64,000 nucleotides of DNA from the human T2T-CHM13v2.0 reference genome, Homo sapiens. How positions within the stretch are numbered: the stretch's first letter is position 1; every line of letters starts with the position of its first letter. The DNA is taken from the NCBI RefSeq assembly GCF_009914755.1, contig NC_060925.1; one strand, given 5' to 3'. The translations under genes were made by a program, and so were the position numbers. The notes beneath the pieces were generated by a model. The model had not been told where the DNA came from and made no database searches. It worked only from the letters and a program-made list of their open reading frames with translations. Shown here one piece after another: positions 56,868-64,000 of this stretch.

Positions 56868-57226
56868 GTTGTTGTTGTTGTTTTTAATTGCATATATTTA
56901 AGGTTTACAGTATGACACTTTGATATACATATACATAAAAGAAACCAAGTAGCTTAAATAATCTTGAGAAAGAAAAAAATTGGAGGCATCACACTTCCTG
57001 ACTTCAAATTATATTACAAAGCTACATTAATCAAAACAATACCGAATTAGGATAAAAATAGACACACAGACAAGTGGAACAGGATACAGAGCCCAGAAAT
57101 ACATCCAAGCACATATGGTCAACTAATATTCAACAGAGCCACTAACAACACACAATAGAGTAAAGATAATCTCTTCAATAAATGGTGTTGGAAAAACTGA
57201 ATGTCCACATTTAAAGAATGAAAAGT
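56868..57226. mobile_element. L1MA with opposed segments: short 3' end on - (56868-56937) joined to an ORF2 piece on + (56940-57226)
   Basis: aattgcatatatttaaggtttacagtatga...atacatatacat (reverse L1MA9-like end) abuts ggaggcatcacacttcctgacttcaaattatattacaaagcta. Confidence 0.75.
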
Positions 57227-57631
57227 GTCCACTCTTAATTTTAAGGAGGCATCGGGAGCTTCAGTAGCCTTTGGAGTGTAGAACAAACCCCATTTTTTGC
57301 TGGCCATCCTATTACACCATCTCCTCATCCTATTCCCCTATACCCTGTTTTTCCAGCATTACTTTCTTTACCTTTTCTGTCTACCCCTCGAGATACTTGT
57401 AAATCTTGCTATCAGAGCATTCTCACCATTACAATTGTTCATCTTTATTGTAATCATCTTTTGGAATAAATTTATCCTGACCTAAATCCAGACTCATTTT
57501 TAAAAATGCATATAAGGTTTTCTGTCCATTTTACTAGATTTTCTAAATCAAATGAATTTTATGTTTAACAGGTAAAGATATTTATTATGGCTTTTACATT
57601 TTGAAGAAGAAACACCATAATAGTATTTTGG

Positions 57632-57908
57632 TGTCATGAACAAGGTGACTTAATCTGAACTTAGAAGCAAGGGTAAGATTGAGGTGACCAAAATAGATTT
57701 AATGTTAACTCACCTTGACTAAACTTTAGATAGGTTCCTTTCTGACTCTACACCCTGACCTCCCTTTTTATAGAGCATTTTCTTTAGAAAACTTGGTTTG
57801 TAAATTCTGTTTCTGCCCCTTTGAAATAATATAAATTTATTTTAAAAGTCTTTTGCCCATATTAAAACCCAGGAATGTCTTCCTCAAGGACCCAGAGGCC
57901 ATCTCTTA
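57632..57908 (+). mobile_element. ERV1 LTR fragment (MER65-like)
   Basis: agagcattttctttagaaaacttg...gtaaattc...acccaggaatgtcttcctcaaggacc. Confidence 0.55.
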
Positions 57909-57954
57909 TATATTTCTTCCCTCTTAGGGGACATACCAGTATGTTATTGAATAG

Positions 57955-58184
<230 letters not shown>

Positions 58185-58884
58185 GTGAATTTTTAAGACT
58201 GTATGTCTGCTTTGTTGTGAAATAAAATGTGCTCCACTAACCATCTTCAATACCAAATAAGGCTACTTTCGAATTATTCTCAACCATTATAATATCACAA
58301 AGGGTATAACAAAAAGCAGGTCTAGATTATCTATTTCAGTGATACAATGACCCTTTTGCCCCAAATTTATATTCCTACCATTTATTTTATAAGTGCTCTC
58401 AGATTCAGTGCATTCAAATACATTTATATTTTCCCTGACAATACAGGTGACCCCAAATGACTCTATCTGTATTTCTGAGAGGGTTTTTCAATCTTCACTA
58501 GCTTTTATATTATCTTCAGGGAGACTTTTTATTGATATGTGCAGCTACAGTAATACAAATGGGATTGCTCTTTTCTAAACCTTTGAAACTTGTAGCCAAC
58601 AAGTATACATAATAACAAAATTGCAGGCATGGCTGCATCTTACAGAAACACACATTTTTTCAAATAAACTACACTGCTATATACGGTTGCTCCTATGGGT
58701 TATAGTCTCCTTGAATGATCATCATTTATACATTGAAATATTTGCTCTGAGCTTATATTTGTTGAAGAATGAATTTCTGCAGTTACTTTTGTCTCTTTAA
58801 GAAGTAGTAGAGCTGTCCAGACAAATAGAAATGTAGAGTTACATCTGTTAAAAATCAGTGTGATATAATTGAAAGAATATCGTG

Positions 58885-59030
58885 GGTTGTACAATTCTAG
58901 GTACAAAATTCAACTCTGACAATAGCTATGTGACTTTCAGCAAAACAGCCTGATGTTCAGTTTCTTTATCTTTAAAATAGCTTTTATTTTATTTGAGTTA
59001 CTGAGGAATATCTCAGAGTTTCTACAGGAG
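58885..59030 (+). mobile_element. MIR relic
   Basis: tagctatgtgactttcagcaa...tcagtttctttatctttaaaatag. Confidence 0.6.
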
Positions 59031-59289
59031 ATAAGTGATATGACCTTTAGAGAACTAACTACAGAGTCTGCTCCCAAAGAACCTCTTTTCTTCTCCCTCC
59101 ATATTTCTTTAAAAGAAACTTTTAACTCTGATGCTAAGGAATCCGGATTTGCAAACAGAATTAGACTGGTGTTTTCTCAATGACTGGGTCTGAGGATATC
59201 TTTAATACAAGAAGACTGAACTTAAGGGCCTAAGCTAGGTACAGACTGTGGTTCAGAATGCTCTGTTGTATTATATAAGTTAAAATAGC

Positions 59290-59680
59290 CAAATAGCTTC
59301 TCTAACAAGTTGATCATGAAATGTCAGTAGTTAAAGAAAATGGAAATTTATTTATCACCCTGGAAAAGTAAATGGAAGCTCTGCTCTGTGCAGCCATCCA
59401 TGACTCAGGCTAATGGAGTCTCTCGTCATATTCAGTCTGTGGCTTCTAAGCTCACCCAAGTGATCAATATCCAGCCAGTAGATGGGAAAGATAAAGTGTG
59501 TGAATGACAGAATTAAAGGTTTATTCAGCCTGGAAGTGTTCATCATAACATATGCCCATACACCTCTGCCCCACTCAGAAGCAAAAGTGGATGGGAAATG
59601 TAGTCACATCATGGAAGCCATTGCCAACCAACAACTTTACTCCATGGAAAAGGAACATAAATCATGGATAGAGCACTACA
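59290..59680 (-). mobile_element. Ancient MLT1 (J/K-like) LTR
   Basis: gactcaggctaatggag...cagcctggaagtg...gggaaatgtagtc. Confidence 0.6.
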
Positions 59681-60329
59681 TACTTATTACCCACCTAAAA
59701 CTATTGAAAATTGTTGCAGAAAACCTGAGTGTACCCTATTATGTAGGAGTGACTGAATAGTATCTTTGATTGAAACTCATCCTAGTCCAAGAGAACAGTG
59801 AGGAGCATTGTATTGGTCAAGGAGGAATTATTATTATTAAAAGAAAGAGTGATTTTGAGTCTAGCTTGTTACAAACTGTTTGTTAAATTTTACCTCCATC
59901 ATTCAAACCTGAAAAAATTAAAACCCATGGACGGGTTCATTTAAAAGAGAGCCATAATTGCAGCAGTAAATGAATAAATCAAATACACAGATGTATAAAT
60001 ACATGCAACATCATGAAATATTCATGTGAGTCCAAGAGCACCAAACAAACCTACTTTATAAAACAAAATGGCCAATTAAATGGATGTTTGCTAATCTAAT
60101 TTATAAGTAGGTACTTTTGTCCCTTTCATAATTTTGATTTATTTAATATGAAACTAAATAGCTTAAGTAACTGAATTGCCCAAGGCAAATGGCTATTTGT
60201 AGGTATGCTTTTATAATATACTGTCCTTATATTTACAATTTTTATTGTTTATATTTTGTCTGTAGAAAACAGCAATTCCTTGATCTCAACAAGAGAGCTA
60301 GAAGCCATATGTTAATTATTGGTCCTTCT

Positions 60330-61365
60330 AAAATCCTAGCTCTGATCTCTGACTTGACCTTGAACACATATATCTGTCTCTTTACTAGATATCTTCATTA
60401 GATGTTTTACTGGTATCCCAAACTCAACATATGCTATATCCAGCACAGTGAAACTCCAAACTGTGCCATGCTGCACTCCACACAGTCTCTCAACCCTCAA
60501 TCCCAATAATCCATTCATCTTCTTTAAGGTCTCAGCAAACTGTGGAAGGATAGAATATGTACCTTAAAGTCTGCCACTTTGGCATAAGAATTATTTTGTG
60601 TTAAAGGCAGCTGACAAACAGCAGACTCAAGAAAGGTGCTCTGACTACACCCTTTCTTCCTGAAAGCAAGAAATAAAACTCCCCTTTGAAAGACGCCCTC
60701 CCTCTCCCAAGAGGAAAATAATATTACCACCAGAATGGGAAAATCAAGGCTGAGAGAAATCTGTACAAACAAATATTGTTAAAATAACCTTTATCTTCCT
60801 TTAGCCTCCCCGTATATTTTAGGTACTTTTACAATTATTCATCTTTGTTCATCCTAGTACATAAGCACATAGGCCAAAGTGCTTTTTAGATCTTCTTTTT
60901 TTCCTGTGAAGGCTCTCATTTACATGTAAATATTAAAATTGTGTGTTATTTCCTGTTAGCTTGTTTTATGTTGATTTAATTCTCAAGCCCAGCCAGAGAC
61001 CCTAAGAGGCTAGAAGAAAAGTTTTACCTTTCCAACACTGTTTCTCCCTCTTTACTCATACTGTTGTTATCCCATATCAAAATATTATTATCTTTAAAAT
61101 TAACTAGTATGTATGGTGTTTTTTTCTGCTGTCCACTCTCGCCCTCTCTAAATCAGTGTTCATCTTTGCCCAAATCGTGTCAAAGATATGTGAACCAATT
61201 GGATTAATACAACTGTATTAATATGATTATGTCATATTCTGCTGTTTTCGTTAAACCTGTTCATTGATCTTCAGTGTTTATAGTATGAAGTTCAACCTTT
61301 TTAGCAAGCCAAACAATGATTTACATTTTCAAGCCTCTGTTTATCTTTTCAAACTTATCTTCAGG
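60330..61365 (+). mobile_element. L2 relic split by an LTR
   Basis: ctagatatcttcattagatgtt...cccaaactcaacat before the LTR and L2-like sequence after it. Confidence 0.55.
60544..61037 (+). mobile_element. MER34-group ERV1 solo LTR
   Basis: tgccactttggcataagaattattttg...aaacagcagac...ccaaca; 4-bp flanks ctgt/ctgt. Confidence 0.8.
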
Positions 61366-63269
61366 TAATTAGCAATATGAACAATTATAATAAGTATTGT
61401 CTACCAAAATCACATTTTCCTCAGTCCGTATTTCAAGCAGTGAACTTGGAAATGTTACATGATCTTTTATGGGAGAAAATTTTATAGTGTAATTATTCAT
61501 ATCAGTAAAATTGAGAAGATGATATTTATTCAAGAAAGTATATCACATAGGCAATCATAGTCTAAGAGAATGGTTCAATGAAAGAATAGACACTAGTGAA
61601 AATTATGGATATAATTTGATTTCATTTATATTTTGAACAGAGGATAGGAAAAAATACGAGAAAAATATTATGAGTAAGCAAATTTGATGTACAAAAGAGT
61701 GTATATTAATGAATAGCACCCAAAATGGCAAACTCTGAAATTCAGGAATTAATAACTGTGTGCCTTCATTAATTTAAATGATGCCCCTATTTCCAATAGA
61801 AACATAAGCAGTGGTCTTCCTGCATTTGTAGGAAAAAAGTGGCCTTAGTTTCTTATGAAGTTTCTCCCTGAAATGACCTCATTGCTACATCTACATGCAA
61901 GCAAGTGAAGCCAGGTGTTATCAAATTGACTTTTAATAGATATGCAATGATCTGAGCTTCTTCACCAGTCATTGGCCATATGCATCTATATTTGTGATGC
62001 TGAACTTCCATGTGTGTATCTTTAATTTTAAAGATGAGATTTACAAAAAAAAATTTGGCAAGATTGCTGGACAAACCTAGTAAAATAATATTTGTCAAAA
62101 CTTTGAAATGTTTTACAGCATGGTAGATGTTAGTATCATCAGTATGATGAAGTCATTATTCCTATCACAAAAGTATTTAATTGCCTCTTAAAGTAGAGAA
62201 ATACAATATGTTATGTTTTGACATTATGGAAAAATTTAAAATAATGTTACTGCCAGTCTTTTCTCACTGTGGCATGGCAGCCATTTGCCATGGTAGACAT
62301 TGCAGTATAAAAAGTAGAGTCATTTCTTTGAGTACACTAGCATAGTGATTTTTCCAAAATATTTCCAGATAGACTTTGCCAACTATAGATAACATATTTT
62401 AAGAGAAAAATTGTAAAACAAATATAGAGATAATACATTACAGACATAATTTTAATTGAGAAATAAAGAGTAGGACATCTTGGCTATCTGTAACAATTGG
62501 CAGGTTGTTATTGCTTGACTTGGAAATTATTGAATCAATTTACAACTCAGGTTGTATTTCCAAGGACAGTAGAAATCTGTAGGGATTTTTTAAAAAAATC
62601 TGCAATAAATTATGCTTATTCTGCAAAAACTTAGTTAGAGGTTTTTATCTAAAATCTATTGTTTTGCCAGTTTGTCATTAGGTTTTATCTCGATTTAAAA
62701 GCTAAATGAAATTACATTTTAGCATCCTAAAATGTAATTCTACCATCCCCTGTAAGACACAGAGTAGCACCCTAAATCTAGAAAATTAAGGCAAATAACA
62801 AAGATTTCAAGACTATTTTTCAAATTTTATCAACTTTGTAAATTTCTTTAAATAGTTAACAAACTGGTATTGAAAACACTATTAATTAGTTCATTTTTTA
62901 TTACAACCCACTCTCGAGATTCATCCTACTCCAAACAAAATATCATTATACATTGCTGATACATGTCTCATCTATATTTTGCATTTTGCATGTAACTCTT
63001 TGTATGACTGCCATTACAGTATGAACTTGTGATGGTGTGCAATACATCCTAGGTACCAGGCCATCTATTTCTTGTCTAAGAAAACAGGAAACTTTTTCTA
63101 AGTTTGTTGCAATAATTATGAAACTCCAGCATGGAACATCACAATACTTCAGGATGGGCCCAAGAATCTGCAGTTCAGCTAGTTTTCTCTGAACGTTTCT
63201 ACATCCGCATGGAGATTTAATCTTTCTTTATTCCATATTTCCCCTACCTTTATGTATGCAGTGTCAACT

Positions 63270-63410
63270 CTACTGCACTTATCTATATGAATATGGCTTC
63301 TCTAGTGGACTATGAGATATTTGAGGGAAAAAGCCATTTTATTCATATGGACTATTTGAAGAATAGCCAACACAGACTATGATACAAAGAATGTTTGGTG
63401 AAAGGTAGAA
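63270..63410 (+). mobile_element. L2 3'-end relic
   Basis: ggactatgagatatttgaggga...aatgtttggtgaa. Confidence 0.45.
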
Positions 63411-63579
63411 TAAACTTACACAAATATAAATGTGTAAAGAATGACTAGAAATTTGAGGGTAACAGTACCAAAATATTGCAGAAATTGTAATGAGAATAGT
63501 ATATTTATGATATTATAAGCAAAACACACTATATTCTATTAGAAAATCTACATTGGGAAAATAGTGGAAAATATGCTTG

Positions 63580-64000
63580 GAATGATAAGCAGTGTTAGAT
63601 AAGATTGGGAAGAGCTTTGAATGCAAATCTGAAGAATTTTAACTTCAACTTATGCAGAAAGAAACTATTAATATTTATTGAAGGGAAAATAATAGCTGGA
63701 AAATAATATTATAAAAATATCTAATATGGCAAAATATATGTAGCATGATAGTGGGAGTTTAATTGAATAGTAAAGAAAACTGTTAGAAGCCATTGTCATA
63801 CCCAGGAATAAAGGGAAGATAGAATAGTGATATCATCAACTCTGGTGTTGTTTATTCCATATATACAGTTATATTTAGAGATAAAGTATGTCTGTAAACT
63901 TTACATGTACATTTTGAAGAGGTAAATCAGTTGCAGAAGCAATTTAAAATTATTTTTCTAGGGTTTTTATGGTTGTAGGTCTAACGTTTAAGTCTTTAAT
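63580..64000 (-). mobile_element. L2 relic
   Basis: agagctttgaatgcaaatctgaagaatttt...gttagaagccattg. Confidence 0.55.

Noticed and set aside
61400-63100. TE-poor AT-rich stretch searched for exons and RNA genes
   Set aside because: No convincing splice pair, ORF or structured RNA was seen by eye

Overview
This is AT-rich primate (human-like) genomic DNA that looks intergenic or deep intronic. I find no credible cellular protein-coding gene, tRNA, rRNA or CRISPR array. Most of the window is layered transposable-element sequence: 13 Alu copies (Y, S and J types), two 5'-truncated primate L1s (L1PA3-like on +, L1PA7-like on -), several old L1M, L2 and MIR relics, hAT-Charlie DNA elements, a MADE1 MITE and many LTRs (MER41B, LTR12C, LTR27/28-like, four MER34-group, MER67-like, LTR8-like, MER21, MER31-like, THE1, MST, MLT1). 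The long ORFs in the supplied track are L1 ORF2 remnants or chance frames in Alu and LTR sequence. The points most worth checking are regulatory or structural. (1) An LTR12C sits 6 bp inside the start of an oppositely oriented LTR27-like element, giving back-to-back promoters. (2) The MER41B carries three GAS (STAT) motifs. (3) Strong + strand splice signals suggest a possible LTR-initiated non-coding transcript with tiny exons. (4) There is an enlarged MADE1 hairpin, two TAAT/octamer-dense unique blocks, templated inverted insertions and a ~100-bp local duplication. Repeat family names come from recalled consensus sequences, not computed alignments, and old-element boundaries are approximate. 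I cannot claim a new biological system from this sequence alone.
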